The notes beneath the pieces were generated by a model that ran no database searches, had not been told where the DNA came from, and saw only the letters and a program-made list of their open reading frames with translations. Source: Patescibacteria group bacterium (GTDB lineage: Bacteria > Patescibacteriota > Minisyncoccia > Moranbacterales > UBA2206). From it: 48,598 nucleotides of DNA. Within the stretch, counting starts at the first letter, position 1; every line of letters begins with the position of its first letter. Both the position numbers and the translations under genes were made by a program. This document shows positions 1 to 8,202 of the stretch, piece after piece. The stretch spans positions 1-48,598 of the forward strand of contig JBBTUK010000008.1 of the NCBI GenBank assembly GCA_038063775.1. The letters run 5' to 3'.

Positions 1-345
1 GATAGCGAGGTATCAATCGCGTTTGCTTATAAAACTTTGGACAATGACGAAAAACTAGTGGACAATCTGAGAAAAATAATTCAGGAACGCGAAGTAAACC
101 AAATAATATTAGGAAAATTAGGAATGCCGGGAGGGCAAAAAGAATCTTTTGACGCGCAAGAAATCGGCGCCGAGATGGAAAAAGAATTGGGTGTGGAAGT
201 TAGATACCAGGAAGAAATGTTTTCAACCAAAATGGCGCAAGATTCTCTCAAGAAAAGAGGCGCGAAAAAAATAAAAGAACTGGACAACCAGGAAGCGGCG
301 AGGATAATCTTGCAATCCTGGCTGGATAAGAAATATAAAATATGA
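1..345 (+). CDS. ruvX: Holliday-junction resolvase-like protein RuvX/YqgF, 5'-truncated by the window edge
   Basis: Frame 1 is open from base 1. The C-terminal half follows the YqgF pattern (IILG...G, GVEV..QEE.FST..A, D..AARIILQSWL). The TGA stop overlaps the next ATG. Confidence 0.7.
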   Translation, partial: DSEVSIAFAYKTLDNDEKLVDNLRKIIQEREVNQIILGKLGMPGGQKESFDAQEIGAEMEKELGVEVRYQEEMFSTKMAQDSLKKRGAKKIKELDNQEAARIILQSWLDKKYKI

Positions 346-1724
346 GTTTTGAATATAAAGGCGTTCCTCCGAAGAATAATGATGCGCCAAAAAAGAAGCA
401 GACATCAAGAAGCAAGGAGGAACCAAAAAGCGGAGAAGGGGTTACGCGGCGAGGTTTTTTAAAGGTAGGCAGTGCTTTTATAACAGCCTTGGTTGCTGGC
501 CGAGCGGTGGATGATTTTTTGACGGAAAATAAAGAAGCTGGAGGAGAGAGCGGAGAAATAAATGGCTCAGAAAAGATAATCGATGAGATGGAAAAGGTGG
601 AGGCAGAAAGAGAGCAGTTCGAATACGAAAAGGGAGAAACGGAATATAAAACTGAATCAATAAAATCACTAGGCGATCTGCTGGATTTTGATAAAGTAGG
701 CCCGATAAGATTTGATCCGGAAAAAATGGAGGGAGCTAAGAGTTATTGGAAGGAAGCTTACGCGGGAAAAAATCCTAAACTTCACAAGAGCCTTCTGGAT
801 GGATATCGTGAATGGGGTTATTGGCGGATATATACGGAACAAAGGTTTAAGTCGGTCGGAATTCCGATTGAGTATGCTCTGTTAGCTCTTCCTGAATCTC
901 ACTGGAAAGTGAACGCTCGGTCCAAATCTGGAGCAGTCGGGCCATATCAATTTATGCCAAAGACTGCTGCTAGCCTAAAACTAATAATGAACCGAGTTAT
1001 TGATGAAAGAAGGGATCCCGTAAAAAGTGCCGAGGCCTGCGCGTTGGTTTTGAAAGAATTGCACGCCGCTTCTGGCGACTGGAATGTGACTCTTTCGGGA
1101 TATAACGGTGGTGATGCGTGGAGATTTATCAAGGAAGCAAAAAGTAAGGGTCAGCCTACAAACTACGGAAACTTTCTGAAATATCTGGAAGAAAAATTAA
1201 ACAAAATAAAAGATCATTTGCGCACGAACAAAAAATTTGGCAGTCTTTCTCATGAGGCTAAAAGAGAAATATTTGCGCGCAAAATACAGGGTCTTTCTGA
1301 AAACTTAAATTACCCGCCAAAATTTCACGCGATTGAAGAATTGATAAGAGAAGGAAAAATCCGTGAACAGCAAGCGCCAATTAGATTTAAAGAAGAAAAA
1401 ATAATTCAGACAGAGACCGCGCCAGGCCGAATCGAACATATAGTTGCGAAAGGGGAAACTCTTTTCAAGATAGCGCGAAAACTAAATATTCCTCCACAAG
1501 AACTTTATAAATACAACAGAAGATTTTCTGGCATAAAAAAACTGCAACCTGGGGACAAGATAGAAATACCTCCGGCGAAGAAAAAGGCTAAAAGATATTT
1601 TTCCGGAAGCCTTACGGCGGAGGCCTTGAAAAAAGGAAAATCTATTCAGGAAATGAGGTTTTTAAACCCGCACATTTTGGACGCCCAAGCGCCTTTGCCC
1701 CACGGCACATTCATCCGAGTTTAG
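342..1724 (+). CDS. Membrane-anchored or secreted lytic transglycosylase (SLT domain) with C-terminal LysM domain
   Basis: SLT catalytic-region motif ESHWKVNARSKSGAVGPYQFMPKTA. LysM-like HIVAKGETLFKIARKLNIPPQELYKYN...GDKIEIP. N-terminal TRRGFLKVGSAFITALVAG hydrophobic segment. Confidence 0.8.
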   Translation: MSFEYKGVPPKNNDAPKKKQTSRSKEEPKSGEGVTRRGFLKVGSAFITALVAGRAVDDFLTENKEAGGESGEINGSEKIIDEMEKVEAEREQFEYEKGETEYKTESIKSLGDLLDFDKVGPIRFDPEKMEGAKSYWKEAYAGKNPKLHKSLLDGYREWGYWRIYTEQRFKSVGIPIEYALLALPESHWKVNARSKSGAVGPYQFMPKTAASLKLIMNRVIDERRDPVKSAEACALVLKELHAASGDWNVTLSGYNGGDAWRFIKEAKSKGQPTNYGNFLKYLEEKLNKIKDHLRTNKKFGSLSHEAKREIFARKIQGLSENLNYPPKFHAIEELIREGKIREQQAPIRFKEEKIIQTETAPGRIEHIVAKGETLFKIARKLNIPPQELYKYNRRFSGIKKLQPGDKIEIPPAKKKAKRYFSGSLTAEALKKGKSIQEMRFLNPHILDAQAPLPHGTFIRV

Positions 1725-1744
1725 TGTTAATTTTGGGCTAATTA

Positions 1745-1753
1745 TGCTATAAT
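1745..1753 (+). promoter_or_regulatory. Possible extended -10 promoter element (TGcTATAAT)
   Basis: TGCTATAAT lies in the spacer upstream of the GT2 gene. No good -35 was seen. Confidence 0.35.
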
Positions 1754-1803
1754 AAAAGCAAGTTTTTTGGGAGTAATAATTTAAATTTTTATTGAAAATA
1801 ACC

Positions 1804-2553
1804 ATGAGTGATGAAAGACCGTACCTGTCCGTAATCATTCCATCTTATCGGGAAGCGGACCGAATCGGCAAAAATCTTTTGGAAATCGAAAGCTTTTTGA
1901 GCTCCAAAAAATATACCTACGAAATTTTAGTCGTGACGGACGGATCGCCGGATTCAACGCCGGAAGTGGCCAGGAGCTTCGCGGACAAAGTGAAACATTT
2001 GCGGGTGATCGAAAACAGGGAAAATCACGGAAAGGGCTATGTGGTGCGGCAGGGACTCCTGGAGGCCAAAGGAGACTACCGCGTGTTTTTGGATGCGGAC
2101 GGATCAACTTCCATTACCCATCTGGACTCTTTCCTGCCGGAATTTGAAAAAGGTTTTGAGGTGGTGATCGGATCCAGAAAAATCAAAGGTGCCTTTGTGC
2201 AGATTCATCAGCCTAAATACCGGGAAATTATGGGCGAGATGGGCAACTGGCTGATTAGAATCGTTTTGGGATTATGGAGCTATCCCGATACGCAATGCGG
2301 TTTCAAAATGATGACAGCTCGGGCGGCGGAAGCGGTGGGAACGCGCATGGTGGTTGACCGATTCGGCTTTGATTTTGAATGGATAATTTTGGCGAAAAAG
2401 ATGGGCTTCAAGGTAGAACAGATGCCGGTCAGGTGGCTCAATGAAGAAGGTTCGTCAGTGAGCCTCACCGGACCAAACGGATTCATCCAAGTTTTGATTG
2501 ACTTGTTCAAGACTCGGTGGAGGCTTTGGACCGGAAAATACAATATAAAATAA
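1804..2553 (+). CDS. Family 2 glycosyltransferase (dolichyl/polyprenyl-phosphate hexosyltransferase-like)
   Basis: LSVIIPSYREADRI, VVTDGSPDST and FLDADGS motifs are typical of GT2. ATG 1804 is preferred over the TTG 1792 in the ORF track. Confidence 0.8.
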   Translation: MSDERPYLSVIIPSYREADRIGKNLLEIESFLSSKKYTYEILVVTDGSPDSTPEVARSFADKVKHLRVIENRENHGKGYVVRQGLLEAKGDYRVFLDADGSTSITHLDSFLPEFEKGFEVVIGSRKIKGAFVQIHQPKYREIMGEMGNWLIRIVLGLWSYPDTQCGFKMMTARAAEAVGTRMVVDRFGFDFEWIILAKKMGFKVEQMPVRWLNEEGSSVSLTGPNGFIQVLIDLFKTRWRLWTGKYNIK

Positions 2554-2608
2554 AAATTCAAAAGTAAAAATGAAAAATTTTGGTGTCGCTCTGCGATGAC
2601 ATTAATAA

Positions 2609-3625
2609 ATGGAAAATAATATAAAAAATAAAACTCAAATATCGGAACTGCGGCAGGACTTGGTGACAGGAGATTGGGTCGTGATTGCTGATGGCCGGTC
2701 CAAGCGGCCGGAAGAATTTGCCGCGCATAAGCGGGAAGCCGTTGCGGAGGATCCAAACAAGGCATGTTTTTTTTGTCATCCGGAAGAAACCCGTCAGGAA
2801 AAGGATGTTTTGATATATCAAGATGAAAATAACGAGTGGAGCCTGCGGGTTTTTCCCAACAAATACCCGGCTTTTAGTCGAGGCAAAGTGATTAGGCATT
2901 TTGAAGAGGGACCGTATTTCGGTATGGATGGAGTCGGTTATCATGAAGTTATAGTCACGCGCGATCATGAAAAGCAAATAGCCCAATTGGATGTTTTTAG
3001 GGTAGCGGAGATAGTGGATGCTTATCAGGAACGCTACATCGATTTGATGAATAAAAAAAGCGTTAACTATATTGAAATTTTTCATAATCACGGAAAAGAA
3101 GCCGGTGCCTCTATCGGACATCCTCATTCCCAGCTGATGGCTATTCCGGTAATTTCTCCCTATGTCACTTTAGAATTGGATGGAGCGGAGTTGTATTATA
3201 AAGCCAACAAAAAATGCGTGTATTGCACGATAATTGAGTGGGAAATGGAGCATAAAAAAAGAATAATTTTTGAAGACAGCGATTTTTTAGCCTTTTGCCC
3301 TTTTGCCTCCCGCGCGAGTTTTGAAGTCTGGGTGATTCCAAAAAGACACAAGCCTTATTTTGAAAGGATATCCGCGGAAGAAAAAATGCATTTAGCCGAA
3401 GCCTTGCAAGCATCCATTAGCAAGATCTTCAAAGCCTTGAGAGATCCCGCTTACAATTTTTATGTTCACACCGGACCCTGTGACGGAAAGGATTACGCGC
3501 ATTTTCACTGGCATATCGAAATTCTGCCGCGGACTTCTGTTTGGGCCGGATTTGAACTTTCAACCGGCATAGAAATTTCCACTATCCAGCCGGAAACCGC
3601 CGCGGAATATTTAAGAAAAATCTAA
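2609..3625 (+). CDS. galT: Galactose-1-phosphate uridylyltransferase-type HIT-family nucleotidyltransferase
   Basis: CFFCHPEE zinc-knuckle region, NKYPAF, and the GHPHSQLMA active-site His-x-His-x-Gln. Confidence 0.8.
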   Translation: MENNIKNKTQISELRQDLVTGDWVVIADGRSKRPEEFAAHKREAVAEDPNKACFFCHPEETRQEKDVLIYQDENNEWSLRVFPNKYPAFSRGKVIRHFEEGPYFGMDGVGYHEVIVTRDHEKQIAQLDVFRVAEIVDAYQERYIDLMNKKSVNYIEIFHNHGKEAGASIGHPHSQLMAIPVISPYVTLELDGAELYYKANKKCVYCTIIEWEMEHKKRIIFEDSDFLAFCPFASRASFEVWVIPKRHKPYFERISAEEKMHLAEALQASISKIFKALRDPAYNFYVHTGPCDGKDYAHFHWHIEILPRTSVWAGFELSTGIEISTIQPETAAEYLRKI

Positions 3626-3631
3626 ATTATG

Positions 3632-3767
3632 CCCGGTAGTGAAATTTCGATGGGCCGCAAGCGGCCACAAAACCGAGCATTTGTTAATTAAGCTAAAAAT
3701 ATAATTAAAGAATTTCAGCGTCGAAATAAGACAGAATTAATTTTGATATCGAAATTCTACTACCGGG
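3632..3767. mobile_element. MITE-like element with 20-nt terminal inverted repeats, flanked by a TATG duplication
   Basis: CCCGGTAGTGAAATTTCGAT (3632-3651) against ATCGAAATTCTACTACCGGG (3748-3767): 18 Watson-Crick pairs, 1 G-U and 1 mismatch. TATG at 3628-3631 and 3768-3771. Internal GGCCG-CAAG-CGGCC hairpin. Confidence 0.65.
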
Positions 3768-3768
3768 T

Positions 3769-4248
3769 ATGCACGATCTGATAATTTCCTGGTTTTCCAA
3801 TTTTCCTAAAGAGCTGGCCACGTTTCTAATAGCAATTATTCCGGTGACGGAACTCCGAGCCGCTCTGCCGCTGGCGTATAAGGTTTATGGCTTAAGCGCT
3901 TTTTGGTCTTGGTTCTACTCGGTAATGGGCACATTTTTTGCGATGGTTCTGATAGTGTTGCTTCTGGATCCGGTAGCGGAGTTTTTGTCCAATCACATCG
4001 GTTTTTTTAAAAGATTTTTTGACTGGCTTTTCGAACATACGAGAAAGCGCGCCAACGGCAAGATGGAAAAATACGGATCTTGGGCTATTTTCATCTTGGC
4101 CGCCACGCCCATACCGTTTCTCGGCGGCATGACCGGGGCGGTGGCGGCGTTCGTGTTCGGAGTGCCATTGAAAAAATCAATACCTTTACTGCTTTTTGGA
4201 ACTATGGTGTCAGGAGTAATAGTTTTAGCAATAACAATTTATTTATGA
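3769..4248 (+). CDS. Small integral membrane protein (putative small multidrug export protein family)
   Basis: Four predicted hydrophobic helices. The N-terminal VTELRAALPLAY motif recalls the COG2426/Sm_multidrug_ex family. Confidence 0.55.
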   Translation: MHDLIISWFSNFPKELATFLIAIIPVTELRAALPLAYKVYGLSAFWSWFYSVMGTFFAMVLIVLLLDPVAEFLSNHIGFFKRFFDWLFEHTRKRANGKMEKYGSWAIFILAATPIPFLGGMTGAVAAFVFGVPLKKSIPLLLFGTMVSGVIVLAITIYL

Positions 4249-5009
4249 AGAAGCTTGTAATCGGCAATTTAAAAATGAACCTTGTTAATCTCCAAGAACG
4301 AGAGCGCTACTTTAAATTATTTGAAAAAGAGCTGGCAGGAAAAAATTTTCCAAATGTCGAAATTGTTCTATGCCCGCCGTTCGTTCATCTGGAATCATTC
4401 AAAAAATGGAAAGACAAGAGGATAAAATTGGGGGCGCAAAACATGTTTCCGGAAGCCAGAGGCTCATATACCGGTGAAATTTCTCCCTCAATGATCAAGA
4501 GCCTTGATTGCGAATATGTGATTCTGGGACACAGCGAAAGGCGCAGGTATTTTTCGGAAAAGAATGAAGAGATAAATTTAAAAGTAATTGCGGCTCTGAA
4601 GAATGGCTTAATTCCGGTAATTTGTGTCGGAGAAACCAAAGTTCAAAGAGAAGAACATAAAGTTTTGGAAGTCATAACGGAGCAAGTGACGCGGACGCTT
4701 GCAAAAATCAGTCGCACAAAAGCTGGTCAAATCATCATAGCCTATGAGCCGGTTTGGTCAGTCGGTAGCGATCTGACCCCGACCGCTCATGAAATAATGG
4801 AAGCTAAAGTCCTTATTCGAAAAATTTTAACCGGTCTTTTTGGGAAAAAATATGCTGAAGAAGTGATAATTCTCTACGGAGGATCCGTTAAAGTTGCAAC
4901 AACTAAGGAGGTATGTATTGATCCCGGAATGGACGGCGTGTTGGTGGGCAGAGAAAGCCTTGTGCCGCATGATTTTTTGAAAATTGCCCAGATAATTGAT
5001 AAAAACTAA
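4245..5009 (+). CDS. tpiA: Triosephosphate isomerase
   Basis: MKKLVIGNLKMN start, ILGHSERR and YEPVWSVG motifs. ATG 4245 forms an ATGA overlap with the upstream stop. The longer track ORF from 4080 overlaps the previous gene. Confidence 0.9.
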   Translation: MKKLVIGNLKMNLVNLQERERYFKLFEKELAGKNFPNVEIVLCPPFVHLESFKKWKDKRIKLGAQNMFPEARGSYTGEISPSMIKSLDCEYVILGHSERRRYFSEKNEEINLKVIAALKNGLIPVICVGETKVQREEHKVLEVITEQVTRTLAKISRTKAGQIIIAYEPVWSVGSDLTPTAHEIMEAKVLIRKILTGLFGKKYAEEVIILYGGSVKVATTKEVCIDPGMDGVLVGRESLVPHDFLKIAQIIDKN

Positions 5010-5023
5010 AATTTAAAAATTTT

Positions 5024-5887
5024 ATGATTACATCTGTTAAGGAAATTTTACAAAAAGCCAAAGGAGGCAGCTATGCGGTCGGGGCCTTCAATACGGTTAA
5101 TTTGGAGACGACTCGGGCAATCATAGAGGCCGCCAAAGAAATGCGTTCTCCGGTCATCGTTCAGATAACTGAAAAAACCATAGATTATGCCGGCGGGAGA
5201 GCCATATTTAACTTGATAAAAAATTGCGCCGAGTTTTATGCGCAAGAAGTTCCGATTGGAATCCATCTGGATCACGGAAAAAGTTTTGAAATTGTCCAAC
5301 GCGCCGTGGGAATCGGATTTGGATCAGTGATGTATGACGGATCAAGGAAGGACTACGAAGACAATCTTGTCGTAACTAAAAAAGTTGTTGAATTTTGCCA
5401 CGGTAAAGGAGTTGATGTTCAGGCGGAACTCGGGAATGTTCCATATATCGGTGAAGGGGAGATCGGTGAAATTAATTGGGAAAAATACATGACGGATCCC
5501 GGTCAGGCCAAAAGTTTTGTTGAAGAAACAGGGGTGGACGCCTTGGCCGTGGCCATCGGCAACGCCCACGGATTTTTCAAGGAAAGAAGCACTCCGGATT
5601 ATGCGCGGCTAGAGATGATTCACAAAAATGTTGAGACACCTTTGATTTTGCACGGCGCTTCCGACTGGGAAAATGGCCGGGTGGCGGAAGTCATCAAGCG
5701 CGGGATTGTCTGTTTCAATGTGGATACGGCGACGAGAATCTCTTTTGTCAACAGCCTGATGAAGGCGGCCAAAGACCAAAATGACATTTCGTTCGATGTG
5801 CGGAAAATATTGGGAGACGCGAGAGAAGCGGTCAAGCAAACGGTCAAGGAAAAAATAAAAATTTTTGGGAGCGACGGGAAAGCGTAA
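5024..5887 (+). CDS. fba: Class II fructose/ketose-bisphosphate aldolase
   Basis: GAFN, HLDHG, GNAHG and LHGASD motifs of class II aldolases. Confidence 0.85.
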   Translation: MITSVKEILQKAKGGSYAVGAFNTVNLETTRAIIEAAKEMRSPVIVQITEKTIDYAGGRAIFNLIKNCAEFYAQEVPIGIHLDHGKSFEIVQRAVGIGFGSVMYDGSRKDYEDNLVVTKKVVEFCHGKGVDVQAELGNVPYIGEGEIGEINWEKYMTDPGQAKSFVEETGVDALAVAIGNAHGFFKERSTPDYARLEMIHKNVETPLILHGASDWENGRVAEVIKRGIVCFNVDTATRISFVNSLMKAAKDQNDISFDVRKILGDAREAVKQTVKEKIKIFGSDGKA

Positions 5888-5891
5888 GATT

Positions 5892-6098
5892 ATGTGTTTG
5901 GCATTTCCGGGAAAAATTATTTCTATTGTCGGACAACACGCCGATGTTGATTTTGACGGTGTCAAAAAAAAAGTAAACATTTCTCTTGTTCAAGCGAAAA
6001 AAGGCGATTATGTGATCGTGCACGCGGGTTTTGCCATTCAACTTCTTACGAAGGAAGACGCCTGGGAGGTGCTTAAGGAATTTGAAAAAAATTTATGA
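5892..6098 (+). CDS. hypC: [NiFe]-hydrogenase maturation chaperone HypC
   Basis: The hallmark N-terminus MCLAFPGKI requires a start at ATG 5892. 68 aa. ATGA overlap with hypD. Confidence 0.9.
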   Translation: MCLAFPGKIISIVGQHADVDFDGVKKKVNISLVQAKKGDYVIVHAGFAIQLLTKEDAWEVLKEFEKNL

Positions 6099-7138
6099 AA
6101 AATATCCAGGAACTGATAGAAAAAATTAACTCTGTTGCCGCCGGAATTAAAAATAATATAAATATAATGGAGGTCTGCGGTACCCATACGCAGGCAATTA
6201 GCCGCTACGGAATTCGCGAACTTTTGCCTAAAAATATCCGTTTGATAAGCGGTCCGGGATGTCCGATTTGTGTAACCGCGCAAGCTGACATTGATGCTAT
6301 TGTCAACTTGGCGCTCGCGGGAATTCCCGTAGCTACCTATGGCGATGCGATAAGGGTTCCTGGGTATTTCGGCAGTCTGGAAAAAGCGCGGAGCTTGGGA
6401 GCAAAAGTTTTTCCGGTGTATTCGGTGGAAGAAGCGCTGGAACTGAAAGTAAAATATCCGGATATGGTCTTTTTTGGGATTGGTTTTGACACGACGGCGC
6501 CCATGACGGCGATGGCATTGAAAAAAGGATTGACCGTCTATTCCACGCACAAGCTTTTTCTGCCGGCGATGGACGCGCTTTTGGCGATGGGAGAACTAAA
6601 AATAGACGGCTTCCTAAGCCCCGGGCATGTTTCAACGATTGTTGGCCTGAAGCCTTACGAGCATATGAAAGTCGCGCAAGTGATAACCGGCTTTGAAGCG
6701 GAAGACGTCCTGGTTGGCTTGCTAATGCTTCTTCATCAGATCAAAAAAGGCAAGAGTATAGTGGAAAATGAATATGCCAGGTCAGTGCGGAAACTTGGAA
6801 ATCCGAAAGCGCGCAAGATCATTTTTGAGGAATTCAAAATCTCGGACGGCAACTGGCGGGGATTTGGAATAATACCCAGTTCGGGCTTGGAGGTAAAAAA
6901 CCCAAAACTTAACGCTAAAATTAAATACAAAGATATTTTATCCAAAATTGATTTTTCGCTCTCCAGAAAGCCGACTGGTTGCCTGTGCGGAGAAGTCATC
7001 CGGGGACTCATTACTCCAGTAGAGTGTCCTATGTTCGGGCGTGCCTGCACGCCGGAAAATCCCTATGGCCCTTGCATGGTTCCCGCGGAGGGGAGCTGCA
7101 ACGTTAAATATCGATATAACAAAACTAAGAGGAAATAA
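6095..7138 (+). CDS. hypD: [NiFe]-hydrogenase maturation protein HypD
   Basis: CGTHT, GPGCPICV, GFDTTAP and PGHVS motifs, with C-terminal Cys clusters. Confidence 0.92.
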   Translation: MKNIQELIEKINSVAAGIKNNINIMEVCGTHTQAISRYGIRELLPKNIRLISGPGCPICVTAQADIDAIVNLALAGIPVATYGDAIRVPGYFGSLEKARSLGAKVFPVYSVEEALELKVKYPDMVFFGIGFDTTAPMTAMALKKGLTVYSTHKLFLPAMDALLAMGELKIDGFLSPGHVSTIVGLKPYEHMKVAQVITGFEAEDVLVGLLMLLHQIKKGKSIVENEYARSVRKLGNPKARKIIFEEFKISDGNWRGFGIIPSSGLEVKNPKLNAKIKYKDILSKIDFSLSRKPTGCLCGEVIRGLITPVECPMFGRACTPENPYGPCMVPAEGSCNVKYRYNKTKRK

Positions 7139-7185
7139 ATTGTTTTTTTGGCTACCACAGCCAATCTTGTGGCATAATTAACAAA

Positions 7186-8202
7186 ATGGCAAAAGAAACG
7201 GAAACAATTGAACTAGAAGCCGGAGCGGGTGGTGAAAAATCAAGCGAGCTGATTGAAAAAATCAGAAACAATTTTTCTTTACGCGGCAAATGGAAAAATA
7301 CCGGCGACGACGGAGCAGTTTTGGATTTGGGTCTCTCGACTTCGCTCGGGACAAATTTTTTAGGAAAAAATTTGGTTTTTACAACCGATGCTTTCATAGT
7401 GGATCCCATATTTTTTCCGGGAGGGAATATCGGAAAGATTTCCATGTGCGGGACGATCAATGATCTGGCTGTTATGGGCGCGCGGCCCATGGGCATCGCG
7501 CTGAGCCTGGTCATTGAAGAAGGCTTTCCACTAAGCGATCTTATGAAAATCACGAAGTCTATCGAAATCGTGTCGCGGCAGGCGGGCGTGCCTGTCGTAA
7601 CTGGCGATACGAAAGTCATGGAAAGAGGCAAGCTTGATAAAATAGAAATTACCACTTCCGGCGTGGGATTGGCGGATAAAGTAATTGAAAATAACGGTGC
7701 CGATCCGGGCGATCGGATAATCTCATCTGGTGATTTGGGAGAGCACACTGTCGCGCTTCTGGGCGTCCGGTTCAACTACAAAACTAAAATAAAAAGCGAT
7801 TCCCAAACGCTTCATAGAGAAATAGAAGCAGCCGGAAAATATCTGAAAGCGGCCAAAGATCCGACCCGGGGCGGACTGGCGGCCAATATCATTGAAATAG
7901 CCGAAAAATCAAGAGTAAAAATTATACTGGAAGATAATCTACTTCCCTTTAAGAAAGAAACTCGCGCTATCGCGGAGCTTTTAGGAATTGATGTTCTTTC
8001 TTTTGCTTCGGAAGGAAGGTTTATTGCCGCGGTTTCTTTTAAAAACACTCAAAAAGTTTTAAATATCCTAAAAAAATTCAATAAAGAAGCCAAAATAATC
8101 GGCCGGGTGAAAAAGGGCAAGGGGGTTTATTTGAAAACTAAAATCGGTACCGAAAGACCGATTGAATCGCCGCGGGGAAAGCTAGTCCCCAGAATCTGCT
8201 AG
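7186..8202 (+). CDS. hypE: [NiFe]-hydrogenase maturation protein HypE (carbamoyl dehydratase)
   Basis: PurM-like fold motifs and the invariant C-terminal PRIC. Confidence 0.92.
   Translation: MAKETETIELEAGAGGEKSSELIEKIRNNFSLRGKWKNTGDDGAVLDLGLSTSLGTNFLGKNLVFTTDAFIVDPIFFPGGNIGKISMCGTINDLAVMGARPMGIALSLVIEEGFPLSDLMKITKSIEIVSRQAGVPVVTGDTKVMERGKLDKIEITTSGVGLADKVIENNGADPGDRIISSGDLGEHTVALLGVRFNYKTKIKSDSQTLHREIEAAGKYLKAAKDPTRGGLAANIIEIAEKSRVKIILEDNLLPFKKETRAIAELLGIDVLSFASEGRFIAAVSFKNTQKVLNILKKFNKEAKIIGRVKKGKGVYLKTKIGTERPIESPRGKLVPRIC

Noticed and set aside
4080-4244. Long N-terminal extension of the TpiA ORF in the six-frame track
   Set aside because: It overlaps the preceding membrane-protein gene in another frame and has an Arg/Gly-rich nonsense composition. 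The canonical TpiA N-terminus MKKLVIGN begins at ATG 4245 with an ATGA overlap.
5865-5891. Track start of the HypC ORF (MGATGKRKI...), and similarly 10119-10169 for the protease, 18619-18648 for GroEL and 20244-20270 for L11
   Set aside because: The conserved N-termini (MCLAFPG, MAFLKK followed by a TM helix, MTKQI, MAKKIK) begin at internal ATGs. The extensions overlap upstream genes or leaders.
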